From: Anaerolineae bacterium
GTDB lineage: Bacteria > Chloroflexota > Anaerolineae > Aggregatilineales > Phototrophicaceae
Direction: 5' to 3'
Length of the DNA stretch: 64,000 nt
NCBI GenBank assembly: GCA_034437575.1
Contig: DAOTTY010000081.1
Location: 31,111 to 95,110, forward strand
Shown here one piece after another: positions 47,027 to 55,743 of this stretch. Below the pieces are notes generated by a model. The model made no database searches, had not been told where the DNA came from, and saw only the letters and a list, made by a program, of their open reading frames with translations. The translations under genes were made by a program, and so were the position numbers. The first letter of the stretch is position 1; each line of letters begins with the position of its first letter.

Positions 47027-48441
47027 TGGCTGCTTCCGTTCTGTTGCAAATCACGAATGAGGGCGTCTGCTTGGTTTATGGTGTAAACTCGATTGTTGTA
47101 GTGGATGTTGCCATCTACCCAGCTTAGTGTTGTTTGACCGTCAACCGTGTGTGATGCTTCTGCTGATACGACACTCACCGACATGCTAGCATCCCGTAGC
47201 ATTTGAACCATTCGTACAGCGTCGGAGTGGTGTATGTTTTCGCCCATGAACACAATCGGCATCGAGCTATTGTTTTGTGAGGGTAACTGCCGTTCCAAAA
47301 TAGCGCTAACGTCGTATACAAACCCGACAGCGGGCACATTTGCCGATGGACCAATGAACTGTACGAGGTCATCGTAGCGTCCACCGCCCCCAATGTGCTT
47401 ATCGGCTGCGGTCACCATCTCGAAAGTCATCCCTGTGTAATAGTTCCAACTCCGTACCAGCCCCGGTTTTAGGGAAACAAGTGATAAGCTTGTCCCCATC
47501 TTTGCGGTGAGTGCCAGCGTTTGCTCAAGCCTGTCTATCTCTCGTTCAACGCTAGACGCTTGATTGTCAACGGTGTTTCTCAGCTTAGATAACGCCTCAT
47601 CGGCGGTTCCCTCAATCGCCAGCCATTCATTCAAGTGGGATAGAGCGTCTGACAGTTGAGACCGTTGAGTTGTCCGTTGGCGCTTTTTAATCAACCGCCG
47701 TGTGATGTCCTGGCGGGTTCGGCCTCCCATGGTGCTTCCACTTTGAGTTGCATCTAGCATGGTATCCAGAATAGCACTCGCCTCAGCACTATTCTCGGTA
47801 CCGGTGGCTTCTTCCACAATTGGATGCGTTATGAAGCGGTCAAACTTGTCGAGCACCTCATTCACAGTGATCGTTCCATTTGCCAAGTTGCCAACCTCAT
47901 CGAATATGAAGCGTTTCACTCGATCATCCAATTTATACAAATCCACCAGGCTTTGAATAAGCCCCAGGTGCCCTAATTGGATGTTGACATCCGGCAACTC
48001 AGCGATTTGTGTTAGGCCAGTTATTGCCATATGTAAGATTTCTGCATCTGCGTACACTTTATCAGTCATGCCAAATAGTTCTGCGCCGACGGTCATGTGC
48101 TGATAGTTTTGAGTGCGCTGGCTGTAGTTATCCAGAAATACTGAGCCGTTGAACTGCCAGCGCACTGTTTGATTTCCTTGTGGGTAGCGTTGGGCATAAC
48201 GCAAAGCAGCTAACGCCGTGAACTCTGGACGTAGGGCGAGCTGCTGGCCAAAACGATCAAACGTGAGTAAATTCGCTGCGATCTGATCACCAGCTTTATT
48301 CAGGAAGACATCCGCCTCGGCAATCGCGGGAACCTGGGTATGTTGGTAGCCAAAGCGGCGCATATGCTCGTAAAGATGGGTGGTCAGTTGTGTCAGCGGG
48401 CCACCTTCATAAATCATGACGAGGGGGGTCGGGTTAGCCAA
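47023..48441 (-). CDS. hisZ: Histidyl-tRNA-synthetase paralogue, HisZ-like (motif 2 arginines lost; retains an anticodon-binding-like C-terminal domain)
   Basis: LRPEFT and GGGGRYDDL are conserved. Motif 2 reads WQFNGSVFLDNYSQRTQNYQHMTVGAELFG instead of the FRyERPQ.GR.R type. TTG start (an ATG is possible 8 codons in). 4 nt overlap with hisG. Confidence 0.7.
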   Translation of the reverse strand: MANPTPLVMIYEGGPLTQLTTHLYEHMRRFGYQHTQVPAIAEADVFLNKAGDQIAANLLTFDRFGQQLALRPEFTALAALRYAQRYPQGNQTVRWQFNGSVFLDNYSQRTQNYQHMTVGAELFGMTDKVYADAEILHMAITGLTQIAELPDVNIQLGHLGLIQSLVDLYKLDDRVKRFIFDEVGNLANGTITVNEVLDKFDRFITHPIVEEATGTENSAEASAILDTMLDATQSGSTMGGRTRQDITRRLIKKRQRTTQRSQLSDALSHLNEWLAIEGTADEALSKLRNTVDNQASSVEREIDRLEQTLALTAKMGTSLSLVSLKPGLVRSWNYYTGMTFEMVTAADKHIGGGGRYDDLVQFIGPSANVPAVGFVYDVSAILERQLPSQNNSSMPIVFMGENIHHSDAVRMVQMLRDASMSVSVVSAEASHTVDGQTTLSWVDGNIHYNNRVYTINQADALIRDLQQNGSSQ

Positions 48442-48622
48442 AATTGTGTTCTGTCCTTTGGGATTTGTCGGACTTTACCAAAGACACATATCATAGCAGG
48501 GGAGTGGCGCTTGTGTAGATTAACCCTTTAGGATGATGGTTAGCGAGGGTTTTCGCTATTTTGGAGTATGTGTGCTATTTTTAATTCAAGGGTGAACCTT
48601 ACCATGCGATGAGGAGTCAATT

Positions 48623-49795
48623 ATGTTTTTTCGGAAATCGACATCTTGGATAGGGATGTTACTCATATTGAGTACACTGCTAGTTGCGTCAAATGTTCAT
48701 GCAGAGATTGCTCAACAGGCAGTCTTCCAACGTCCTATATTGGTTGTCAACACCAGCTTTTTGAATGTACGCACCGGCCCCAGTGCGGAGTTTGCTGTGT
48801 TGGCGACTGTTGCTGGGGGCACTGAGTTATCTGTTGTGGGTACTGCTGGGGACGAAGTTTGGTATCAAGCGGTGCTGCCGAATGGTCAGGTGGGCTGGGT
48901 CAACGTTGGGTTCACAATCCCGCGTGGTGATTTTACAAATGTGCCCCTTGTGAGCGTTTCTGTTGGTAACGTTGCCAGTGTTACTCCCCAGGGGAATGTG
49001 CCAGTGGTCGTACCATCAGCCGGTGGCGTTTCAGTTGCGCCTGTTATCCCTGCTGATGTTGCACGAGCTGTGGTGATCGTGAATACAAGTGCCCTTAATG
49101 TCAGGGTCGGCCCTGGACCTCAGTTTCGTCAATTGTTTACGGCAGCTGGCGGCACCGAGTTCCCGGTTTTGGGGATCACGTCAGATGGCCTGTGGTACGG
49201 CGTTCAAACTTCGTCTGGACGAGGCTTTGTTAGCAGCGAGTTCGTTCTATTTCGGGGTGATGCCAACACGGTACCGATCATTGAGTACAGCACAGTACCT
49301 CAAAATCAGCGAACCATCGAAACACCTATTGTTGTGATTAACACAAGCTTCCTAAATGTGCGTAGCGGGCCGGGTGCACAGTTCACTCAAGTCTTCACTG
49401 CACGCGGCGGCGCGGAATTCCCTGTGTTAGGTCTTGCTTCTGATGGCATCTGGTATCTGGTGCAAACGCCAGTTGGCCAGGGATGGGTCAATAACGAGTT
49501 TGTTCTGTTTCGTGGCACGGCAGAAGTCGTACCTATTATAGAATTATCGAACGCAGGTGGAACCCTGGCGACGCCAACTGCATCTATCGGTTCATCTGTG
49601 CAGTTATATGCGGCCCCAGGCGTCAACTTTGGCCTGTTAGGGTCGGTTGTTGGTCCGGTTGAAGCCCCCATTGTGGCCCGTACACCCGACTTCGACTGGG
49701 TGCAGATTAACACTTCTGTGGGATTCGGTTGGGTTCTCGCTGATCAAGTCATCATACGTGGTGACGCGAATCTTATTCCAATTGTGAATAATTGA
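48623..49795 (+). CDS. Secreted protein with four tandem SH3b domains
   Basis: Signal peptide. Repeats VVNTSFLNVRTGP..., IVNTSALNVRVGP..., VINTSFLNVRSGP... and a fourth, diverged unit. Each ends in (F/I)RGD/T. GAGGAG precedes the ATG. Confidence 0.75.
   Translation: MFFRKSTSWIGMLLILSTLLVASNVHAEIAQQAVFQRPILVVNTSFLNVRTGPSAEFAVLATVAGGTELSVVGTAGDEVWYQAVLPNGQVGWVNVGFTIPRGDFTNVPLVSVSVGNVASVTPQGNVPVVVPSAGGVSVAPVIPADVARAVVIVNTSALNVRVGPGPQFRQLFTAAGGTEFPVLGITSDGLWYGVQTSSGRGFVSSEFVLFRGDANTVPIIEYSTVPQNQRTIETPIVVINTSFLNVRSGPGAQFTQVFTARGGAEFPVLGLASDGIWYLVQTPVGQGWVNNEFVLFRGTAEVVPIIELSNAGGTLATPTASIGSSVQLYAAPGVNFGLLGSVVGPVEAPIVARTPDFDWVQINTSVGFGWVLADQVIIRGDANLIPIVNN
48737..49765 (+). repeat. Four tandem SH3b-domain coding repeats (diverged at the DNA level)
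   Basis: Protein-level periodicity of about 65-110 aa with a conserved NTSxLNVRxGPxxxF...GG.E.PV.G...DG.WY.V....G.G.V..EFV.FRG pattern. Confidence 0.6.
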
Positions 49796-49863
49796 CTTGG
49801 TATCGTGGCGGGGGCATCACAGAAAATGGTGCCCCTGTACATGTTGTGTACAGAGGAAATGAC

Positions 49864-50223
49864 ATGCGTATCATTTACGTTGAAGATAATCCGGCCAACG
49901 TTGCACTCGTTGAGCGTATATCTCACATGAATAATGATGAGCTTGTTACGTATGATACTCCACAAACCGCGCTTGAGGAAATCAATTCGGGTGAGTTCGA
50001 TTTACTATTAATGGATATTAACCTGGGCGACCCTCACATGAACGGGCTAGATTTGACCCGGCTACTGCGCGAGAAGGGTGTCTCGGAACCCATTGTAATT
50101 ATTACTGCACATGATGCTATGGGCTACCCGGATGCATTTCAATCAGCCGGTTTCGATGAATATGTTTTGAAACCCGTTTCAGTGCGTGGGATGATTGATC
50201 TCATTAATGCCTACAGAGATTAG
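49864..50223 (+). CDS. Single-domain response regulator (CheY-like receiver)
   Basis: MRIIYVEDNPAN..., phospho-acceptor context LLLMDINLG, downstream T/K positions (IIITAHD, LKP). ATG at 49864 after GAGGAA. Confidence 0.85.
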   Translation: MRIIYVEDNPANVALVERISHMNNDELVTYDTPQTALEEINSGEFDLLLMDINLGDPHMNGLDLTRLLREKGVSEPIVIITAHDAMGYPDAFQSAGFDEYVLKPVSVRGMIDLINAYRD

Positions 50224-50224
50224 G

Positions 50225-50848
50225 CTATTCTAGCGTTATGAGTTCAACTTGGCCTGATGTTGCGTCTTTCAAAGCGATGTTAAGGTTGTCTATCTGCAAC
50301 AGGGGTAGCTCGAATTCAATCGTAACATCGACCTTAAATCCTTCAGTAATGATTTCCCCGTCAAAATCCTCAATTAGCCTGTGACTAATTTCATATAGGG
50401 CATAGGGTGTTTTTACAGTCAAATGCGCTTTCTCGACCTTCTCCTCTAATGGCAAAATGTCTAGCGCGGCACGGGTAGCATTACTGTATGCACGGACGAG
50501 ACCGCCTGTACCGAGTTTTGTGCCACCAAAATAGCGACTAATAATAACGGCGATGTCGCCTATGTTACTCCCACGCAGTATTGATAGGACTGGAGGGCCA
50601 GATGTCCCACTCGGTTCTCCATCATCACTTAAACCCTCCGTTACACTGTTGCCGTGACCTACACGAAAGGCATAAACGTGGTGAGATGCGTCTGGCATCT
50701 CATCACGAACAGCCCCTACAAAGGATTTGGCTTTCTCCGCGCTGCCTGCCAAGCCAGCAGTGAAAACAAATCGTGACTTCTGCACAATGATCTCTCCGCG
50801 AACGGTGCCAGCAGGAATTTGATAGGACACAATCACTCGACCAAGCAA
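50225..50848 (-). CDS. YigZ/IMPACT-family (UPF0029) protein
   Basis: EIIVQKSRFVFTAG...ASHHVYAFRVG...DDGEPSGTSGPPVL...VIISRYFGGTKLGTGGLVRAY is the IMPACT N-domain pattern. Confidence 0.85.
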   Translation of the reverse strand: MLGRVIVSYQIPAGTVRGEIIVQKSRFVFTAGLAGSAEKAKSFVGAVRDEMPDASHHVYAFRVGHGNSVTEGLSDDGEPSGTSGPPVLSILRGSNIGDIAVIISRYFGGTKLGTGGLVRAYSNATRAALDILPLEEKVEKAHLTVKTPYALYEISHRLIEDFDGEIITEGFKVDVTIEFELPLLQIDNLNIALKDATSGQVELITLE

Positions 50849-51633
50849 ATTGGATCAAGCTCGATGAGTTCGCCAAACAACCATCCGCTTTGGCCCTCAA
50901 ACGTACCTCGCCACCAAGTACCATCCTCGTTTTTTGCTTCTAACGGGACGAAAGTTCCCTCTGGTATAACGCCCAGTATGACCGAGTCGGTATTGGGTTC
51001 GCTGCGTAAATTGAGGTTCACCGTAATCTGTGCATCACACTCATCAGCAACACTAGCTGCTTCTGGTGTTGGTGTTTGGGAGGGAGGCACAAAGGCGCGG
51101 CGAGTTCGGGTCGGGGTCTCAGTCGCTATTGCCGTATAAGTTATTGATGGTGAGAGTGTGGCTTCGTCTGACACAGTCTGCGACCCTGCTGATGGTGTGC
51201 TGGCCTCTGTCAAATTTGATCCGCTCTGCAATCCTTGAGCAATTGGTGTCAATGTAGGCTGTGATAGAACGAACTGCGGAATCATCGGTATGGCGAAGAA
51301 GATCACGAAAAGGATGCCACCGGTGGTCAGTCCTAAAAGCCCACGCGACATAATGCGTTTGAACTCTTCCTGACGGCGTTCCAGTAGGAAGATAGCCGCA
51401 CTGCTCAGGATGAGTACAGCAAGTGCGCTGGCCGTAATGAGCGTGGAGATTTGTAGGGTGCCGGGTTCAACACTAGCGAAACTAAGGCTTAGTGTGGCTG
51501 TGATAACGGCGATAAACAAATATATCTGGCCAGCACAGCCGACTCGGACCTTTTTTTGGATGGTCTGCACAATACCTACAATGATGAACAGCGCAATTGT
51601 AACTGCTGTAACTATAGACAACGGGAATTCCAT
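50833..51633 (-). CDS. Polytopic membrane protein with a Thr/Pro-rich linker and a C-terminal SH3b domain
   Basis: About four N-terminal TM helices. C-terminus VNLNLRSEPNTDSVILGVIPEGTFVPLEAKNEDGTWWRGTFEGQSGWLFGELI is SH3b-like. Confidence 0.6.
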   Translation of the reverse strand: MEFPLSIVTAVTIALFIIVGIVQTIQKKVRVGCAGQIYLFIAVITATLSLSFASVEPGTLQISTLITASALAVLILSSAAIFLLERRQEEFKRIMSRGLLGLTTGGILFVIFFAIPMIPQFVLSQPTLTPIAQGLQSGSNLTEASTPSAGSQTVSDEATLSPSITYTAIATETPTRTRRAFVPPSQTPTPEAASVADECDAQITVNLNLRSEPNTDSVILGVIPEGTFVPLEAKNEDGTWWRGTFEGQSGWLFGELIELDPICLVE

Positions 51634-51838
51634 ATTGAGTATCCTATTGTGATGCTTTTCCCCATTGTACTACGAGTTTTGCATTGCAATAGTTGCGTCT
51701 CACTCTAACGCTACCACAAGTGATAAAGGATATTATCACTGAGTAATCTTGAGGCCGCTGCTGCACTCTGCCTGCTAACTACTTCACATCTTGGTATTAT
51801 GGTTCGGTGAGGACAAGCAGGGGGTGGGTACAAAGCAA

Positions 51839-51862
51839 CAGGATGCTGTTATCAGCATCCTG
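51839..51862 (-). terminator. Perfect 10 bp hairpin 9 nt downstream of tRNA-Glu
   Basis: CAGGATGCTG-TTAT-CAGCATCCTG. On the minus strand it is followed by TTGCTTTGT. Confidence 0.45.
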
Positions 51863-51871
51863 TGTGTAGAT

Positions 51872-51944
51872 TGCCCCATAGGGGACTCGAACCCCTGTTT
51901 TAGCCTTGAGAGGGCTACGTCCTAGGCCACTAGACGAATGGGAC
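51872..51944 (-). tRNA. tRNA-Glu (anticodon CUC)
   Basis: Folded by hand into a 73 nt cloverleaf: acceptor GTCCCAT/ATGGGGC (one G-U pair), anticodon stem TAGCC/GGCTA with loop CT-CTC-AA, T-arm AGGGG-TTCGAGT-CCCCT, discriminator A. CCA is not encoded. Confidence 0.93.
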
Positions 51945-51956
51945 CCAACTTTTGAA

Positions 51957-51985
51957 ATGGTAGCACCCGGCCATTGCACCGTCAA
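51957..51985 (-). promoter_or_regulatory. Candidate sigma-70-type promoter for tRNA-Glu
   Basis: Minus strand TTGACG-17 nt-TACCAT, with the -10 hexamer ending 12 nt before the tRNA 5' end. The -10 is weak. Confidence 0.3.
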
Positions 51986-52185
51986 GGCGTGGATACGGCC
52001 TCATGTATTTTGAAGTGAGCGGGCCATGTGGTCAAGTACTGTTGGAAGCAATCGTCAGATTGTGTAAATTCTCCCAGATAATGCCCTCGCCCAGTCTCGA
52101 CTTGACCCGCTAATGTAGGGGCGACAAACGTCAGCGTGAGCAGCCGCACGATTGGAGTCGGTCATCGCTTAGCCTACCCAAAGCG

Positions 52186-52653
52186 CTAGTCATAACGCCC
52201 CTGCTTCAAAACACGTTCGATTTGCCGTTCTGCATCGCGCTTAGCTTTTGTTTGACGTTTGTCGTAAAGCTTTTTACCGCGTGCCAGCCCGATTTCGAGT
52301 TTAGCCCGCCCACGCTTCAGGTAAAGCTTTGTCGGAATGGCAGTGTACGTGTTCTCGCGGATCCAGTCTGTGACCTGGATAATTTCGCGTTTGTGCAGCA
52401 GCAATTTCCTGGGGCGCAGCGGGTCATCATGCCCGAACATGCTCGCTTGCTCGTACAGCGCGATGTGCATACCCATTACCCATAACTCCCCCTTTTTCTC
52501 TTGAACAAAGGCCTCGCGCAAGTTGACGTGCCCAGCACGAATCGACTTAATCTCTGACCCCATCAACACCAGTCCAGCTTCATAGGTATCGCTGATGTCG
52601 AATTCGTGAAACGCCTTCCGATTCTTGGATACAATTTTTATGCCATCGCTCAT
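52186..52653 (-). CDS. smpB: SsrA-binding protein SmpB
   Basis: 155 aa. NRKAFHEF.I...YEAGLVL.GSEIKS...G.V.L.EAF and a C-terminal basic tail. Classic SmpB. Confidence 0.95.
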   Translation of the reverse strand: MSDGIKIVSKNRKAFHEFDISDTYEAGLVLMGSEIKSIRAGHVNLREAFVQEKKGELWVMGMHIALYEQASMFGHDDPLRPRKLLLHKREIIQVTDWIRENTYTAIPTKLYLKRGRAKLEIGLARGKKLYDKRQTKAKRDAERQIERVLKQGRYD

Positions 52654-53879
52654 TCTGTTACCTCCTCATTCAGTATAGCAGCCAGGTAGCGAACAGCCTC
52701 TCCCAGCTCAACGTCGCGGCCATTTTCATCGGGAATCATGGTGATGTCTGGTGTGAGGCCCACACCAGATATTTGACTCCGGTCAGGGGTTAGCCATTCG
52801 GCAGATGTGACATGAATGGATGATTCATCTGACAAACGGAAGATCTGCTGCACAGTTCCCTTACCAAATGTTTGCTGGCCAATTAGTACACCACGACCTC
52901 GGTCACGGATAGCACCAGCGACAAGCTCCGCTGCACTGGCTGTGCCTCCGTTAACCAACACAACAATAGGAATATCGCCAATATCTGCTCCGTCATCAGC
53001 CTCGAAAGTTCTCTCGTCATCAATGCTTTGCTCATATAAGACAACTCCACCATCCAGGAATTGACTGGCTACATCAATCGACTCTTGCAACAAGCCCCCG
53101 CTGTTGTCGCGCACATCCAGTATGAGGGCTTCCATGTCTGCCGCGCTAAGCTCTTCCAATGCTGCTTCGAGTTCATCAGGTGTGCGATTTGTAAATCGTA
53201 TCACCTGCACATAACCAATACGATTATCCTGATTCGTAACACGCCAAACGACAGAGGGTACATTGATAACACCAAAAGGAATGAATACTGTCGTCTCCTC
53301 ATCGTCCCGGCGGTAGGTGATGTCAACACCACTGTTCCGCTTAACTTCACCGCGTAGGGTCTGATCTAGCACATCCTGGCGTATCGTGAAGCTGACCGGT
53401 TCGTCATTAATCGCCACCAAAATATCACCCTCTAATAATCCGGCTTCTGTTGCAGGACTATCCTCAAATGGATAAATGAGCAATTCACCTGCTTCAGAAC
53501 GTTGAATTTGCACACCAATGCCGCCATAAGTACCTGCCAACACGTCTGATTCGCTTTGAGCTACGGGCGGATCAATAAAGAAAGTGTAGCGGTCACCAAG
53601 GGTATCTAGCATGCCGCGGACAGCGCCATATTGACGTTCTGCATAGGATGGTTGTTCGCGCAAATAATACGCATCAAGAAGCGCTTGCACCTCGTCTAGC
53701 AATTGATATTGGTCATCATCGGGGGAGAGCGGCGACGCAAGCGCTGAAAATCCACCGAGGTCACGAACGATAACTCCGGCACCAAACGCAACCGCGATTG
53801 AGAACCCATACATCACACCCCACAGGATGGAGCGAAGCAAACTAGCGCGGCTCTGCCTATCATTGCTCATTTGATTCAC
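52650..53879 (-). CDS. C-terminal processing peptidase, S41 family, with a PDZ domain
   Basis: PDZ (SPATEAGLLEGDILVAINDEPV), catalytic Ser context VNGGTASAAELVAGA, Lys context TFGKGTVQ. 4 nt overlap with smpB. Confidence 0.9.
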   Translation of the reverse strand: MNQMSNDRQSRASLLRSILWGVMYGFSIAVAFGAGVIVRDLGGFSALASPLSPDDDQYQLLDEVQALLDAYYLREQPSYAERQYGAVRGMLDTLGDRYTFFIDPPVAQSESDVLAGTYGGIGVQIQRSEAGELLIYPFEDSPATEAGLLEGDILVAINDEPVSFTIRQDVLDQTLRGEVKRNSGVDITYRRDDEETTVFIPFGVINVPSVVWRVTNQDNRIGYVQVIRFTNRTPDELEAALEELSAADMEALILDVRDNSGGLLQESIDVASQFLDGGVVLYEQSIDDERTFEADDGADIGDIPIVVLVNGGTASAAELVAGAIRDRGRGVLIGQQTFGKGTVQQIFRLSDESSIHVTSAEWLTPDRSQISGVGLTPDITMIPDENGRDVELGEAVRYLAAILNEEVTE

Positions 53880-54108
53880 CTTCGTTTTTTATGTCATGCA
53901 TACATAATAATGAGGCTGTTATCAGCAGTCAGCTAAAAAAAGCATCATTGTTTCATTCTATACTTTGTTTTCGTGTCGGCGTTAATAAAACTTGTGAGAT
54001 TTACATTGCTCGTCCGACCCAATGTCCGAATTCTATCACAACGTGCTAAAATCCAGATGTTACTATACTTGCCTTTTATACCGATGATGTTTGAGGCCGA
54101 GCAATGCT

Positions 54109-55743
54109 ATGAAACACAATCCTCCGCTAGTCTTGGTCGCTGATGATGAACACTCAGCAGCGACCATGCTTAAACACATTTTTGAACGTGAGCATTTCCA
54201 GGTGCAAATTGCCCAGGATGGGCCGAGTGCCTTGGAAATGTCACAACGAATTATCCCAGACTTGATTATTCTGGACATCATGATGCCTAACATGAACGGG
54301 TTTGAAGTGCTTGAGCAACTCCGTGAAAATCAAGAAACGGTTGGCATTCCTACCATCATCGTATCAGCACGTCATAAAGAACCCCATGAAGTAGCAAAGG
54401 GATTAAATATTGGGGCCGACGATTACATGGCAAAACCCTTTGCCCCCCAAGAGCTTGTGGCTCGCGCAAAGAGCAAACTGCGTGCGAAAGAACTTGAAGA
54501 AGCGCTGCAAAAACGAACGCAAGAGCTAGAGGCCCTGCTGCGCGTTAGTGAACAGCTAAACAAGCACCTTGAAGCCGAAGAAATTCTGTCACTCATTATC
54601 AAACTGACCCGTGATTTGCTCACAACTGACCTGGCGCTAATTTGCCGATTTGATGGTAATGGCAATTTGGTGACATTCAGCGCTCACATAAACGATGACG
54701 ACGTGCAACATGAACCAGATGATTTTGAAGCACATGCGCTTGAGTTGCAAAACATGCTTCTACAGCTGAGTCCAGGGCAAGTTGAGGAAGCGACCTGGAT
54801 AAATCTGCCGCACTCAATGGTTGTGGCGCTATCGCACGCTGACCAAACTCTGGGTGCGCTCCTCATTGCGAATAATAGCAATGTGTACGATGAGAGTGAG
54901 AAAATGCTGCTGATGGGTATTGGGCGACAAGCTGGTATGGCTTTGCACAACGCCGAGCTATATGAGATTCAGCTGAACTACGCCCTGCACCTGGAGGATA
55001 TGGTTAATCAACGTACAGAGGAACTCAAGGCCACCCAGCAAATGCTTTTACGCTCTGAGAAACTCGCTTCAATTGGACATCTTGCCGCAAATATCGCTCA
55101 CGAGATCAACAACCCCCTTCAGCCAATACGGCTCAACCTGGAATTCCTCCTGGACGATGCTGATTCTGGCCAACCTATTGACCACGAACTGGTTCGCATG
55201 ACGCAAGGTAGTGTCGAACGCATCAGCCGCATCGTGCGGCAACTGCTAGAGTTTACTAAAACTGGCAAAAGCGACGCCTTTGCTACCGTTGATATTCAGG
55301 ATGTCCTGAGGGGTGTTATTAAGCTCAACAAGCGTGCCTTCCAGCGCGACGGGATCACGATAAAAGTTGATATGGAACCCATCCCAACAACACTGGCCAA
55401 CAAAGACCAGCTTGAGCAGGTATTCATGAATTTACTGATTAATGCTAAGGGGGCTATGGTCGATGGAGGTGAGATGGAAATTCGTGTGTGGCACGAGGTC
55501 GATAAAATTCGCGTGCAATTCAAGGATACTGGATCAGGTATCCCAGAAGATATGCTTGATAAAATCTTTGACCCATTTGTTTCGACAAAACCGGATGGGA
55601 CGGGCCTGGGCCTGTTCGTAACCTACAGCATTATCGAAAGCCACCAGGGCCACATCGATGTGAGAAGCAAAGTAGGGGCAGGCACTACGTTCACTGTAAC
55701 CCTACCCGTGTTAACGATGTCAGATCAGATACCTACTGGATAG
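54109..55743 (+). CDS. Hybrid sensor: N-terminal receiver, coiled coil, GAF-like domain, HisKA, HATPase_c
   Basis: REC (LVLVADDE...LIILDIMMPNMNG...KPF), H-box HLAANIAHEINNPL, N-box NLLINAKGAM, G1 DTGSGI, G2 GTGLGL. No TM segments seen. Confidence 0.85.
   Translation: MKHNPPLVLVADDEHSAATMLKHIFEREHFQVQIAQDGPSALEMSQRIIPDLIILDIMMPNMNGFEVLEQLRENQETVGIPTIIVSARHKEPHEVAKGLNIGADDYMAKPFAPQELVARAKSKLRAKELEEALQKRTQELEALLRVSEQLNKHLEAEEILSLIIKLTRDLLTTDLALICRFDGNGNLVTFSAHINDDDVQHEPDDFEAHALELQNMLLQLSPGQVEEATWINLPHSMVVALSHADQTLGALLIANNSNVYDESEKMLLMGIGRQAGMALHNAELYEIQLNYALHLEDMVNQRTEELKATQQMLLRSEKLASIGHLAANIAHEINNPLQPIRLNLEFLLDDADSGQPIDHELVRMTQGSVERISRIVRQLLEFTKTGKSDAFATVDIQDVLRGVIKLNKRAFQRDGITIKVDMEPIPTTLANKDQLEQVFMNLLINAKGAMVDGGEMEIRVWHEVDKIRVQFKDTGSGIPEDMLDKIFDPFVSTKPDGTGLGLFVTYSIIESHQGHIDVRSKVGAGTTFTVTLPVLTMSDQIPTG

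Noticed and set aside
48442-48622. T-box leader or His attenuator upstream of hisZ-hisG.
   Set aside because: There is no run of His codons in a leader peptide, no T-box sequence (AGAGA...GGTGGTACCGCG-like) and no terminator/antiterminator pair. Only short 5-6 bp hairpins are present.
51797-51985. 62 aa ORF on the minus strand.
   Set aside because: It is superimposed on tRNA-Glu (51872-51944) and its promoter and hairpin. The tRNA fold is unambiguous.
51945-52185. Possible tmRNA (ssrA) or another ncRNA in the 241 nt gap next to smpB.
   Set aside because: The gap is too short for a tmRNA. I could find no tRNA-Ala-like acceptor/T-arm (GGTTCGA-type T-loop with a matching acceptor) and no tag-ORF-like segment on either strand. 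Only a weak long-range GGTAGG/CCTAC pairing and promoter-like hexamers for tRNA-Glu are present. A small unknown RNA cannot be excluded without covariance-model searches.
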